64,000 nucleotides of DNA, taken from contig NC_083281.1 of NCBI RefSeq assembly GCF_963506605.1, positions 39,494,001-39,558,000 of the forward strand, written 5' to 3'. This document shows, piece by piece, positions 11,733 to 23,239 of the stretch; within the stretch, counting starts at the first letter, position 1; every line of letters starts with the position of its first letter. The position numbers and the translations under genes are program-made. The stretch is from Zootoca vivipara (taxonomy: Eukaryota). The notes below the pieces were generated by a model. It saw only the letters and a list, made by a program, of their open reading frames with translations. It had not been told where the DNA came from and searched no databases.

Positions 11733-12726
11733 TGTCAGGGACTGGGCAGAAGAGGAATGATGAAGACTGCCTCCCCATCCTGACCCTTCCAGGGAGGAAG
11801 AAAAGGAAGACAGTATAGATTTAGAACAGGGGTCTGAGGGAGGGAGCAGCTCAGAGGCAGATGAGGGGGAAAGCTGGGAAATCATGGGACAGCTGGAACA
11901 ACACCCAGCTGAAACGTTGTCATTAGAAAGCATTCCAGATCCTCCATCTCCCAGAACCTGGCGAGCCTTAAAAGTAAGAGAGCAGTATGCAACAACTGCA
12001 GCGAGAATATTATTGGCCCAAAAATGGAAACAGGGAGAGATCCCAATAAAAGAAGAGTGGCAGATGAAGTTAATGGACTATGCTGAGTTGGCGAAACTAA
12101 CTGGGAAAATTCAGAACCAGCAGGACCAGACCTTTTTGAAAGACTGGAATAAATTTACATTGTATTTGAGAGACAATTGTAAACAACTGACATTGTTAGC
12201 AGGGCTACAAGAAGTTTTGTAAGGTTAGAGATATCAATTATTATCAATATGATGTTTAAATGGTGTATTTAAGATTTGGATTTAAGGGTAATAATAATAA
12301 TAACAAAACGTAGTATCAGAGTAAAATTAGGAAAACCATTAGTTGAGGAGGAGGGCCAAGGGCCAAGATGGCCAAGTGGTTTTTATATATTATATGCAAG
12401 ATGAATGTTTTGTCAAAAATATTTATAAAATTTAATAAAAATTATATAAAAATAAATAAAAATAAAAGTAGGAGAGCAAAGAGCTCAAAGACAGAGGGCA
12501 CGTAGCAGCACCTGTAGAAGAGACGATGATAATGATGAATGAGGGAGTGGGAGAGACTGGGGTGGGGTGGGGTGGAGATTCACTCAGTACAATGCCATTA
12601 TCCAAGAGGCTGGGTTCTATAGCCTCTCTGTGTAAAGGCTGAAATAAAAAAGGACGGTAATAAACTTTCCCTTGCCTTTATATTTTCCTGGGCAACCAGC
12701 TGGCACCTGCTGACAGCATCCTGACA
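11733..12726 (+). mobile_element. Solo LTR (Gypsy-like), interrupted by an L1 insertion
   Basis: Termini TGTCAGG...CCTGACA, perfect 5-bp TSD GGTAT, AATAAA motifs near the 3' end. Confidence 0.88.
11985..12462 (+). mobile_element. 5'-truncated L1-clade LINE (ORF2 C-terminus, 3' UTR, A-rich tail)
   Basis: Encodes YATTAARILLAQKWK...EEWQMKLMDYAELAKLT...KDWNKF. 16-bp TSD TAAAAGTA(A/G)GAGAGCA at a TT/AAAA site. Confidence 0.9.
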
Positions 12727-12765
12727 GGTATCATGTTCTGGATGTTGTGGGTGCATTCAGATGTG

Positions 12766-12948
12766 CATATCCTCCAACATTTCTCTGATGAAAACAGGGA
12801 CGTCCTATTCCATACTCTCCAATATTTCTCCTATGAAAATTGGGACGTCTTAAGGAAAAGCAGGACATTCCAGGATCAAATCAGAAATGGGGATGACTTC
12901 TGTAAATCTGGGACTGTTCCTGGAAAATTGGGACAATTGGAGGGTCTG
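12766..12948. mobile_element. MITE with CATA(C/T)CCTCCAA-type termini
   Basis: catatcctccaa...ttggagggtctg termini and internal gggac repeats; relatives at about 28142 and 50001. Confidence 0.65.
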
Positions 12949-12957
12949 GGGAATATT

Positions 12958-13272
12958 TGTAGTATAAACACTGACAACTGGGAAACACTGACCTGCGAGC
13001 GCTCCAGTTGGAGAACAGCCTTTACCAAAGGTGTCATGGGCTTTGAAGAAACTCGATCTTAAGACGCAAGGGAGAAACGTGCTAAGAGGAAGGCACGCTT
13101 GGCAAATCCACACCGTGGATCAACTCCCACCCAGAAACCAATGTCCCCACTGTGGAAGGACGTGTGGATCTAGAATTGGCCTCCACAGTCACTTATGGAC
13201 CCATTGTTAAAACTGTGTTTATGGAATACAATCTTATTCGGCTACGAGTGATCGCCGAAGAAGAAGAAGAAG
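12958..13272 (+). mobile_element. RTE-clade LINE 3' end
   Basis: INTDNWETLTCERSSWR, a C-terminal zinc finger CPHCGRTCGSRIGLHSHL, and a (GAA)n tail. Confidence 0.88.
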
Positions 13273-14515
13273 CATTCATTTTCCTGATTAGAAAAATGTT
13301 AGCATTATAATGTTCTTTGCATCGTGCAATACCTGTTGTGCTATGGAACTGTGGCTTTTCGACTGATACACTGGCATGTTGTACTAAATTTCATTCACCA
13401 GTGTCTGCCCTCCCCTCCCATGAGTAACGACTGGAGAATTTCCCCTCCTTCGGGAGAAATGTGGTGAAATGTCCCCCCCTCCCAGTTTGCGTGCTAAGAA
13501 ATAGGATGTAGAATTTCAAGAGGCCATTTGCACACATCTCTAACTCTTAACCAACTGCCAATTAATTTCACTGGGTCATTCTGAGTTGGAGTATTATGAG
13601 AAAGGGATACAAATTCCTGATACCAATGGAGTCTATGAACAACATGTGTGCTGTGCTATAGTTAACTGAAATGAACAAGCAGAATTCTGACAAAGTCTAA
13701 TAGCTGCTGGTGTTTATGGGTCTGGCGCAATGCAACTCGCCATGATCTGACAGGTTAAGTATGGCATTAAAGCTGAATCGTCACCATCTACTGGTTATGA
13801 GGCCATCTTCTGAATCCTGTCAATGTGGTGGTAGCAGCAGGATAATAGAAAATTAGTGAGCAATAAAAATTATTCTGGGAGCCTGGACAGCTGCCATGTA
13901 ACAGTTCCACTCCATGAATGAACTTTGCTAAATGTTTAGAAGCCCAGATACACTATACAATTAATTGAGCATATCACACAAAGCAAATATCACTGTGAAA
14001 TGGGATAAAACAGAGACATAAAAATAAAAACAGCCAAATCAAGGCAATGTAACTGGTGCACAAAATAGCCAAGGAATGAGTGTGGTAATGGATACTATAA
14101 TAAATATGATGGATGACATAATAAAAATATACCTAGACATTTTCCAAAGATGGCCAAACTGCAAGACAGGAGAGTAAAGGCCATCCAATGGTTAGCTTGA
14201 AGGGTAGCAAGACCCCTCAGAAGTTCCAAGGTGCTTCTACTGACCGTGTTGACAGGTCCTATTTTATGAATTATTTTTGCTGCTACCTGTGTCAGTTTGC
14301 ATTTCTTAGTGCATAAAGTATTTATATGGTGTGTAGAGATCTTTCCTATTCTACTTAATTCAAGAGGGTTCTGGAAGCTTCTCTGTGTGAAAGAAACAAG
14401 CAGAAGGTTAATGATGTTTGGGTTATACCTTCAGAGAAGCTGAGTACAGCTGGCTTAAACTGGTTCTCTTATCTTCTTCTGTCAAGGTCATGCTGACTAT
14501 AACAGTAAGGTCAAA

Positions 14516-14795
14516 TCAAACTATACACATAATAATAAATCAAAACAAATCCCCAAACATATATATAAAATATAAACATAACAATATGCTCACCATGTCT
14601 TTAATTTGTTTAATTTGCCCAATGGATTTGAGCAGTATAGACTTAAGTTATGTATTAATTTACGTTGGGTGGCTTAAATTTGAATTTATGTTATTTGTGT
14701 TATTTATGTTATTGTTTTTGTATCCCCTTTTTCGTTTGTTGTAGTTTGTATTTTTTTAAGGAATCAATAAAGATACTTTTAAAACTTTTTTTTAA
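14516..14795 (+). mobile_element. Short L1-type 3' UTR insertion with probable 5' inversion
   Basis: Perfect 12-bp TSD AGTAAGGTCAAA (14504, 14796). T-rich 3' part with AATAAA; A-rich 5' part. Confidence 0.7.
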
Positions 14796-16115
14796 AGTAA
14801 GGTCAAAAAGAGCCTGGCTTTCACTTTCTCTTTCTTTCTCTTTTCCTTCTGGTGTGGTGGTAAGGTTTTAGACTTTTTATAAGCTACTGTAAGTTTAAGT
14901 TAAGTCTGCTGCAACTGGATTTATTATGGACAGTGCCAATTCTGAATACAGTATATTGAATTTGTGACCATTATGTTCATTTGCCTTCAATAGCAGTAAA
15001 GCTCTGCTGGATGAAATATAATTGCTGCTGGTCTATTTTTTTGGGGGGGGGGGAATCCTGCAATGTGTTTAAGTTGTTATTCTTCCAGCTATACATTGGA
15101 ATCTGCTCTGGACCAATATTGAAGAGAATTCCATGACAGCCTGTGGTAGTAGTGGGAGTAAAGTTTCTTGTAGTAGCTATCATTCTTTCCCTCTCCAAAG
15201 CCTCTGGATTGATGCAACATTTCTGAGGTGCTGCATTATTTCAACATCCATATCTTGAAATCATTCTCTCTTATTAGAAGCTAGACCTTTCAATCAGAGG
15301 AGCTCCCTGCTCCCCACAGCATGAGGTTTTCCTTATAAGGCATGCTTGGGGATAAATATTTCAATTTTTGCATGCACACATAAATCTGAATCTCTAAAGC
15401 ACTTCAGAGATTCACACTTCAGCCTGGGATGCATTGGAGAGATCTTGCTTCAGCTCAGACAAGCTCTGAATCTCTCCAAAGTGACTCTACTTTGGTTCTT
15501 GATTTGGGAGTTATCCAAACCCTTTGCATATCCTACTGGAAACCCTGAGATTTTGAATTGAACCAGCTTTGCAGATTGTGCTCTGAATCTCAGCCAACAA
15601 AAATATTCTGCACTCAGACAGTTTCCCGTAATATATTGCAGCATGGCTACATTTTGTCCATATGGCTTATTATATTAAAAGCTTATTACACAATCAGTAC
15701 TGCAGGGAAGTTGCCCTTTGCGTATGTTTACTGTGTACTCGTAAATCCCTAGTGTCCATATGCTCAGCTCAGCCTAATGGCTCCAACAACAGACCCATCA
15801 AATACTGCTGTTTCCAACAATGCGTTCCGGGAACGGCTGTGACAAATGGAAATCGGAATCTGCCTCCTTCTGGAAAACTCTTTCATCCGAGTGGTTGAGC
15901 ATTAAGCACTATTCATCCAAAGCAGCCTACAAATCCCATGTATCTTATCAAACACAGTCTAAACAATCATACAATCACAATCTAGATCTACTTCAGCATG
16001 GAGTAGTCCCCAGGGCATCATCTACATAAGCCCAGGTTGCGACAACAGTGCTTTCAAGGTGAGGACTAACCTGCCACACTCTAAGTTGGAATGTGAGAGT
16101 GTGGCAGTCATTAAT

Positions 16116-16250
16116 CAGGGATGGAGAACCTCTGCCCTGGTGTTGTTGTGCTCCAGCTCCCATCAGCTGCAGCCGGTATAGTCCTTAGTCAGTGCTGATG
16201 GGAATTGTAGACCAGGAAAAAATCTGCTGGCCACAGATTCTGTGTCCCTG
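16116..16250. mobile_element. Old hAT-type MITE
   Basis: CAGGGATGGAGAACC...TCCCTG; ctcccatcag / ctgatgggaattgtag core as in the 10509 copy. Confidence 0.7.
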
Positions 16251-16252
16251 CA

Positions 16253-16438
16253 CAGGGCCGGCTCTAAGGCAAGGCTGGGTGGCGCAGGGTGCCAGGGCGC
16301 TGGGCCGCCAGGGGGCTGCCGCATGGCAGCAGCACTATGCCCGGCCACCAGCCGCAGCGGGAAACGGGGCAGGGGGGCGCGCCGGAGCGGTCTTCGCACC
16401 ATGGTGCCAGGGCGCCCGTTATGCTTAAGACGGCCCTG
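16253..16438. mobile_element. GC-rich hAT MITE
   Basis: TIRs CAGGGCCG / CGGCCCTG; perfect 8-bp TSD TCCCTGCA. Confidence 0.9.
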
Positions 16439-17204
16439 TCCCTGCATCCCAGGGTGGGTCTGTCCCCAGCCATCTCCTTTGCATCCTTTGCATTTGAACA
16501 AATTTATTCTCTGACTGAAGCACTAAATATTCCTAAATCCTTTCATGCCCCCCTCTCTCATAATTCCACCTTCTATAGTGGCGAATTTACTCGACAGATA
16601 TAAGGGTATTTTCATTTGAGGATGGATTATAGAAAGACACACTCCAAGCCAAGCCCTGCTGTATTCAGAGAAGCCATTATCTGAAGGAACAGCTAAGCTT
16701 AATAAAAAGGAAGAAAGAAAACCTTCAGGAAATAAAAGTGTTTGTGGCGTATTTAACCATGATCTAGCCTCCGGTGTAAGTAAAGAGCAAGGCAATTAAT
16801 AAGGTATATTTAGCATACAGCTGAGAAACATGGGTACCCAAGTGGATTGGTGGAGCAATTTAAATAATATTTATCTTTAAGATCATTCTAGCTGTGACTA
16901 GTTCAACTAGAACCTGTGATGCTGTACAAGCCTGACTTTTCCACACACATACACCCCTTGAAAAGAAAAGAAATTGGAGCGTGTCTCCACATGAGGATTA
17001 ATATGAGGGCCCCATTGCCTTGCTCTGCCCCGCCCTGCAATGCACTTCAGTTTGTTAAGCATTGATCCAAATACTGGTGCTACTGACCTTCAGCTGGAGA
17101 AATGTAGCAGCATACAATATGTTACAGGCAGAAGAGCTGGGGTAGAAGTTCTAGCTGCCACTAGCTGCTGCCTGTTGGGCATGGACTCATGGCAAACCCT
17201 TCTC

Positions 17205-17490
17205 AGGGGCAGTTCCCTTTGTGGAATGCCATCTCTTGTGAGGTGTTTCTGTCTCCCATATTATTAACATTCAGGAGGAATTTAAATGCACTTCTGTTCA
17301 CCCAGGCATTTGATGACAGTGAGACAAGGCTCCTGGCAACCTTGAAATTACTAGGTGTGAGGGTATGTGACTGCATTTACATGTTTTTAATTCTTCTAAA
17401 ATGTCTTAAATATGTTACTTTGTTTTTAATTGCATTGCCGTACCATTTCCCCTCCTGGGCTCCTTTGGGACGAGAAGTGTGGGGAAGTTA
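17205..17490 (+). mobile_element. L2-like LINE 3' fragment
   Basis: tgtggaatgcc...ttcaggagg...ttcacccaggcattt, ending cctgggctcctttggga. Confidence 0.6.
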
Positions 17491-17914
17491 AAAGGGCTCT
17501 GCCTCTAAGCCTTGAGCTGTGGCATCGTTTAATGGCCTTCAACTGCACCCTCACCCTGCTCCATCAAGAACCCATGGTAGACCAAGCTTCACTGGTTGAT
17601 AGGAGGAGCTCTGATCTTTTGACTTCTGAAGCAAGCAACCTATCAGGTTAGGAGCATAGTAACTTGTCTTCCAGTTCAATCAGGTGTTTGGAAGGGTGTG
17701 GTATTCACTCATTCATTCTATTTCCATCCTGCTTTTTTATGGGGGGGGGGGGTGAAAGAGGGGAGGGGATGCTTTCCCAGTTGAATACAGTAATGGTGGC
17801 AAGCACGGGACATAAGTAAGGCAGACAGACTGTCCTCAACAGAAATGATAAGACACACGAATGAAGAGGACATAGTACAATGCCAAAATGAAGTGACTCC
17901 CCCCGCTGCTAACA

Positions 17915-18058
17915 CAGAAACATAAAAGCTGCTGGATACATCTAGCTCAACATTGTCTGCACTGCATGGCAGCAGCTCCCCGGGGTTTCAGCCAAGGTTC
18001 TGTCCCAAACCTGGCGGGAGTTGCTGGAGACTGAGCCAGGATCCCTTTGTATGCATGT
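17915..18058 (-). mobile_element. Squam2-like SINE, degraded
   Basis: catctagctcaacattgtctgcactg...ggtttcag matches the reverse complement of the family body. Confidence 0.6.
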
Positions 18059-18101
18059 CTGGGCAGAAGAGGTGCAACTGTTAGAGCCAGGTCAACAGTA
18101 A

Positions 18102-18492
18102 AAAAAGGTAAAGGTAAAGGACCCCTGACAGTTAAGTCCAGTTGCAGACGACTCTGGGGTTGCAGTGCTCATCTCGCTTTACAGGCCTAGGGAGCTGGCG
18201 TTTGTCTGCAGACAGTTTTTCCAGGTCATATGGCCAGCATGACTAAGCCGCTTCTGGTGCAATGGAACACTGAAACCAGAGTAGCACACGGAAACACTGT
18301 TTGCCTTCCCGCCGGAGTGGTACCTATTTATCTACTTGCACTTTTTGGTGTGCTTTCAAATGGCTAGGTTGGCAGGAGCTGGGACCGAGCAACGGGAGCT
18401 CACCCCATCATGGGGATTTGAACCACCGACCTTCTGATCGGTAAGTCCAGGAGGCTCAGTGGTTTAGACCACAGTGCCACCTGCATCCCACT
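18102..18492 (-). mobile_element. Full-length Sauria SINE
   Basis: (AAAGGT)n tail, complete body, 13-bp TSD AGGTCAACAGTAA. Confidence 0.95.
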
Positions 18493-19846
18493 AGGTCAAC
18501 AGTAACATGTTTTAAATGCCTGTTTAAGAAGTGTTTCCCTAAGCGTCATGGGCTCTGAGGCTTGTCTCCAATGTAGCATGAAGTAACTGTTTCATCAGTG
18601 CAAGAGTTTACCCTTGTGCAATGGGGCTTCCCTGCCTTTCCTCTTCCTCCTCTTGTGCTGGGGTTGATGAGTGTCACAGTTCAGAACATCTGGAGGGCAC
18701 CACATTGGCAAAGGCTGCTCTAGAGCCCACTTGGCCTCCAGATACCATTTTCTGAGACAGATTTTCACTTATTTTCCTTTCCCCCTTTTTATAAAAAGAA
18801 AAATAATAATAATCCCATGATGGGATGAATAGCCTCTTAAAATAATAGCCAAATGGCTGGGCTGATTGACTTCTCATCCTGACCTTATCCACCAGTCATT
18901 TCCCAGTTTCCTTTATCTGCTGCAGGGATGCAGAGAGCTCTCCGTCTCGGGGTGATTAAAGCTGGCCTATTTGCGGCTGGTAATAAAATCCTCCACACAA
19001 GGGCTTTATTACAACCCCACCAAATGGAAAAAGGATGGTTAAGAGATTTAGGAGTGGAAAAAACAGGAGGAGGAAAAAAGGCCTGATCTCAGCAAAATCT
19101 CTATGCAAATGAGCAGTTAAAACTTCCAAGACTTGACATTATGGACCTAGAAGCAAAACGTATGAGAGCCATTGTAAAGAGTTAAGCGTTTTTTTTTTCT
19201 CCAGTGAAGAAAGTGAAGTTTTGAAATGAACAGCACTGGGATGTTCTATTAACGACCTTTATTGCCTTGTAATTTATGGTGATTCTCCCCCCCCCCTTGA
19301 GGAATTGTTTTGGAGGAAAAGGGACACCAACCCTTCCTTCCCGCATGACATATTGCTGACTCTTGCTTTAGCCCATGCAGAGCGGGGTTGGCCTGGAGAG
19401 TCCTGCAGGTCAGACAGATAGACCTGAAGGGGTGCGTTTGGGTACAGAATCTCAGGCCAAATGCAGCCCTCCAGGGCCCTTCCCAGGCTGCCACCACCCC
19501 TCACTCTGCTGCATGTCCTTCCTGAGTGCTTTTGCCCAACTAACTAGCTACCCTGTTGTTAATAATTTAAACAAAAAGTAAACTCACAGGTGTCTCAGAC
19601 GTCCTTCTCTACCACATTGGTGCACTGCTAGGACAGTGGCTTCGTCACCTCCTGAAGCCAGGGGGGAAGAACTAAGAAATGGATCTTCCTTATTCCACTT
19701 AGGTCACAGTGTTGCCCTATTGCCCAGCACTGGCAACCTTGGGCAGGTGGCAGAGCTCTCCTTCCTTGGCAGGCTTCACTGCTGATGCTTGCCAAGACCC
19801 CCCCTGCCTCCCCCCCCTGTTCTGATAGTCCCAGCAGTCTCATATA

Positions 19847-19925
19847 TAGGATTGCCATATGTCCAGAATTTCCCGGACATATCCAGAATACTGCAGTTTT
19901 CATTGTTTGAAATATGGCAACCCTA
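19847..19925. mobile_element. Tiny MITE
   Basis: TIRs TAGGATTGCCATAT / ATATGGCAACCCTA. Confidence 0.7.
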
Positions 19926-20627
19926 CTTGTGTGGCTGGATCTACCCATTCATTTAAAGCCTCTATTCTATCATCACTCAGGGAAATTGTGGGTAATTAAA
20001 AGTGTAACTAGATCCACCTGTCTGGTGCTGCACAGGCTGTTCAGTCAAAAAGAAATGAAGAATTGGGCAGGGCAGGCATCATCAGTGATACCTGACAGGA
20101 TGCTGAAGGCCTGACAGCTGCCTGAGGATGCCAGGTGAACCTGTGCTATTATTATTTGCTTTCAGTGTGTTCCGGACCCTTTCTAAACCAGCGCTTTGCT
20201 CTCAAGCCAAAAAGAATGAACATCAACTTACAACCCAACTAGATGAGATACCATTCGTGCAATTAGCTGCTTGACATGTTGCCACCACAGCCAGGGAGTC
20301 CACAGCAGAGCACTTTGCCCAGGGCCCTCTGAAACCAGAAGTCATCCCTACTGTCATCAGTCTCCTTACAAAAACTAGGATTAGGTCTCAATCATTGTAA
20401 GGGAAAGGTTCCAGATTATTTCAGCCACACAATAACAAAATTCGGTCAAACGATTTAGCAAAATAAAGACTGTTTATCAGACAATAGAGGTGGTCTCACA
20501 AAAATCTTAACTGCAAAAGGTTAGTATAAAGAGATGCCTCTTTAGCAAATGATGAAAAGTTTATAATGAGGAGTGGAGAAGGAGTCCTGAGCATACAAGG
20601 GTTTAGCCCATGGGCACAGCCCACACA

Positions 20628-20870
20628 CAGGGGCGTGGGAAGAGGGGGGCAATAGGGGGGCAATAGGGGGGCAATAGGGGCGCTTCGCCCCAGGCAGTGC
20701 GATCCTGAGGGTGCCATCGCGGCTGCCTGGCCTGCCCGCGCTGGGTGCCCCGCCCCCACGGGTGGCACACCACACCCCCGCAGGTGGCGCACCATGCCCT
20801 CAGAACGTGTGCCACCCCTGCCCCCGCCTGCTCTCCACCCCCGGTGCTGGAGCATGAAGCTCCGCCACTG
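20628..20870. mobile_element. GC-rich hAT MITE
   Basis: Termini CAGGGGCG...CGCCACTG; perfect TSD CCCACACA; internal (GGGGGGCAATA)x3. Confidence 0.9.
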
Positions 20871-20923
20871 CCCACACACTTTAAGCAGGTTTGTCTCCTT
20901 CAGAGATTTCCCCAATATCTCAA

Positions 20924-21092
20924 AGGAACATAGGAAGTTGCCTTATGCCAAGTCAATTTAGCTCTGTATTATCTACACTGACCAACAGTGTCTCTCCAGA
21001 GTTTCAAACAGGGGATATTTGCAACCCAACCTAGGGATGCCAGCTATTGAAGCTGGGACCTTCTGCATGCTTTGTTCTACCAGTGCCCTTCA
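20924..21092 (-). mobile_element. Squam2-like SINE
   Basis: aggaacataggaagttgcctta tail; ctgggaccttctgcatgc head. Confidence 0.7.
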
Positions 21093-21373
21093 AATGTGTG
21101 GTGGTGGTGCTGGGCAGGATAGGTGAGCATTAAGGAAATTTGGCCCACTGTGTCAAGGTAAAGGTCGCATCCATTACTCTGCCTACTCTGGCCTCTGGCC
21201 TCATCCACCGGCATGCCATCCCCGGAAGTTTGCTGTGATGTTCTAAAGTATATGCAAATAATGTAATGAATGCTGGTGGGAGACCATTTAGAGAGACAGT
21301 TGAGTTGAAGCTGGCGTGAGAATTGTATGTGGAGAGAGAGTGTTTGGATGGTGGCAAGATTGGTTGGAGGGAG

Positions 21374-21906
21374 TATCGCGAAATAATATTGAGGAACACT
21401 GGGTATTAAGAGTGCTAACATAAATCATATACCCCAGTTTCCCAGTGGCCCTTCAAAGTACGCTTCACGCAGAGATTATAGAAAAACAAAATACGCAAAC
21501 AGAAGTTGACTTGGCTAAGATACACCACCAAGAGTTTAAAGATTTTTCCCAACCTAGCATGAAAACCCTTGACTAGCAGTATACCATTTAAAGTATACAG
21601 AAGGAAAACAAAAGGTTGGCTTTCTTTAACAGAAAAACAAACTGACTCGGAAGAGACTTTAAACTAAAGATAAATGCTCTCTCTCCCAGCAACTTTACAT
21701 ACCCACATTCCAACCCTTCAAACCTCCCACCATACTCCCACACAACTACCACACAAAATGCTTTCCAACAGAGCCTTATATACATGGAGTAGAGCCCACG
21801 CCTGTGAGCAATTAAACAGAAATTACCGGCACCTGTTTTTCTTAAACAGACAGTATTGACATTAGACCGGCTCAAAAGCAACTTAGATTATTCAAGAAAC
21901 CCAACA
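21374..21906 (-). mobile_element. Probable solo LTR
   Basis: Minus strand starts TGTTGGG. TATA-like GTATATAAGG at about 21775. 5-bp direct repeat GGGAG on both flanks. The other terminus reads TA instead of TG. Confidence 0.5.
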
Positions 21907-22411
21907 GGGAGGAGGGTCAGCATTGTTATTAGTTGTTGCTTTATATGAACCAAAATAACTAGTAAGGAAGTGCAAAACTAGAACAATATGCTTCTATAAG
22001 CTGAGTTACCTTAAAACCTTTTTATTACTTCTAATAAATTGTTGTATCATACTCTCATGCCTATTGACTGGTTGTATTAGAGGTAGAATATATTCAGCTA
22101 CTTGGCATCTGTGGTGGCAGTAGAAACAAATAGAGTTTATGAATACCTATTAACAAACCCAGTTCAGGACTGTACACCTTACAGAAAGAGGGAGAAAAAT
22201 GGTGGGACAAAGGAGCTGAGGTGACTCTGTGGGTAGTGCCAGGGCACCCCATAGCTGGAGTAGGGGTGGCATGAGAGTTGCCTATGAGAGAATGCATCCT
22301 TCAGACTGTTCTAAACAATTTTTAAAGAAATCTTAAATACACCTTGAAAATGAATTGGGGTATACTTTTGAGCCAAGAGGTATACTACAAAATTCAGATG
22401 AGCATAAAGTA

Positions 22412-22655
22412 CAGTGGTACCTCAGGTTACAAACACCTCAGGTTACAAACACTTCGGGTTACAGACTCCGCTAACCTGGAAGTATTACCTCGGGTTAAGA
22501 ACTTTACCTCAGGAAGAGAACAGAAATCACATGGCAGCGGCATGGCGGCAGCGGGAGGCCCCATTAGCTAAAGTGGTACCTCAGGTTAAGAACGGTTTCA
22601 GGTTAAGAATGGACCTCAGGAACGAATTAAGTTCATAACAAGAGGTATACCACAG
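22412..22655. mobile_element. Tc1/mariner (Tigger-like) MITE
   Basis: TA-flanked CAGTGGTACCTC...GAGGTATACCACAG; internal caggtta repeats. Confidence 0.85.
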
Positions 22656-23151
22656 TAATTATGTTCTGATACCCACAGTAGCCTGAGAGGTACAGCTTTG
22701 CTCAGTTCACGCTGGAATTCATAGAAATCAAACTCATCAGACATCCCTAGGCTGGATTAAAAAAAAGACATTGTGTATAAAGAGATATCAGTGAAACAGC
22801 CAAACAGGATATGACTCTGTGGCAGGGCTAATAAACAGCTGTTTTTGCTCAGTGTATGTTAAAATTACTTTCTGCAGCTCTGGGGATGGCAGTCACCTTC
22901 TGCCCTCTCTTTCCCCAGATCTAGCAAGGCCATTAAGAGTTTCTCCTGGAATTGTACCAAAGTATTTGTCTCCTTTATAGCAACTGCCACCCAGAGTATA
23001 CAACCTACACCAAAGCACTTCTGACCTGGCCTCTGTGAGTGAGAGGGGAAATGGTAGCACGTCACATAGAGGCAATAACAATACTTCGTGGTGTTGCAGC
23101 TCTGAGGGTTGTTGGAAGTGTTTTACAAGCCATAGATTTCAAAGTATATAA

Positions 23152-23153
<2 letters not shown>

Positions 23154-23237
<84 letters not shown>
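23154..23237. repeat. (CT)n(CA)n compound microsatellite
   Basis: Seen directly. Confidence 0.97.

Positions 23238-23239
<2 letters not shown>

Noticed and set aside
16163-16603. Cluster of overlapping ORFs (similar clusters at 20496-20933 and 44846-45443)
   Set aside because: Artefacts of GC-rich MITEs.
21080-21457. Direct repeat CCAGTG(G)CCCTTCAAA as a possible TSD
   Set aside because: The copies lie in different elements (a SINE head and a putative LTR); probably coincidental.
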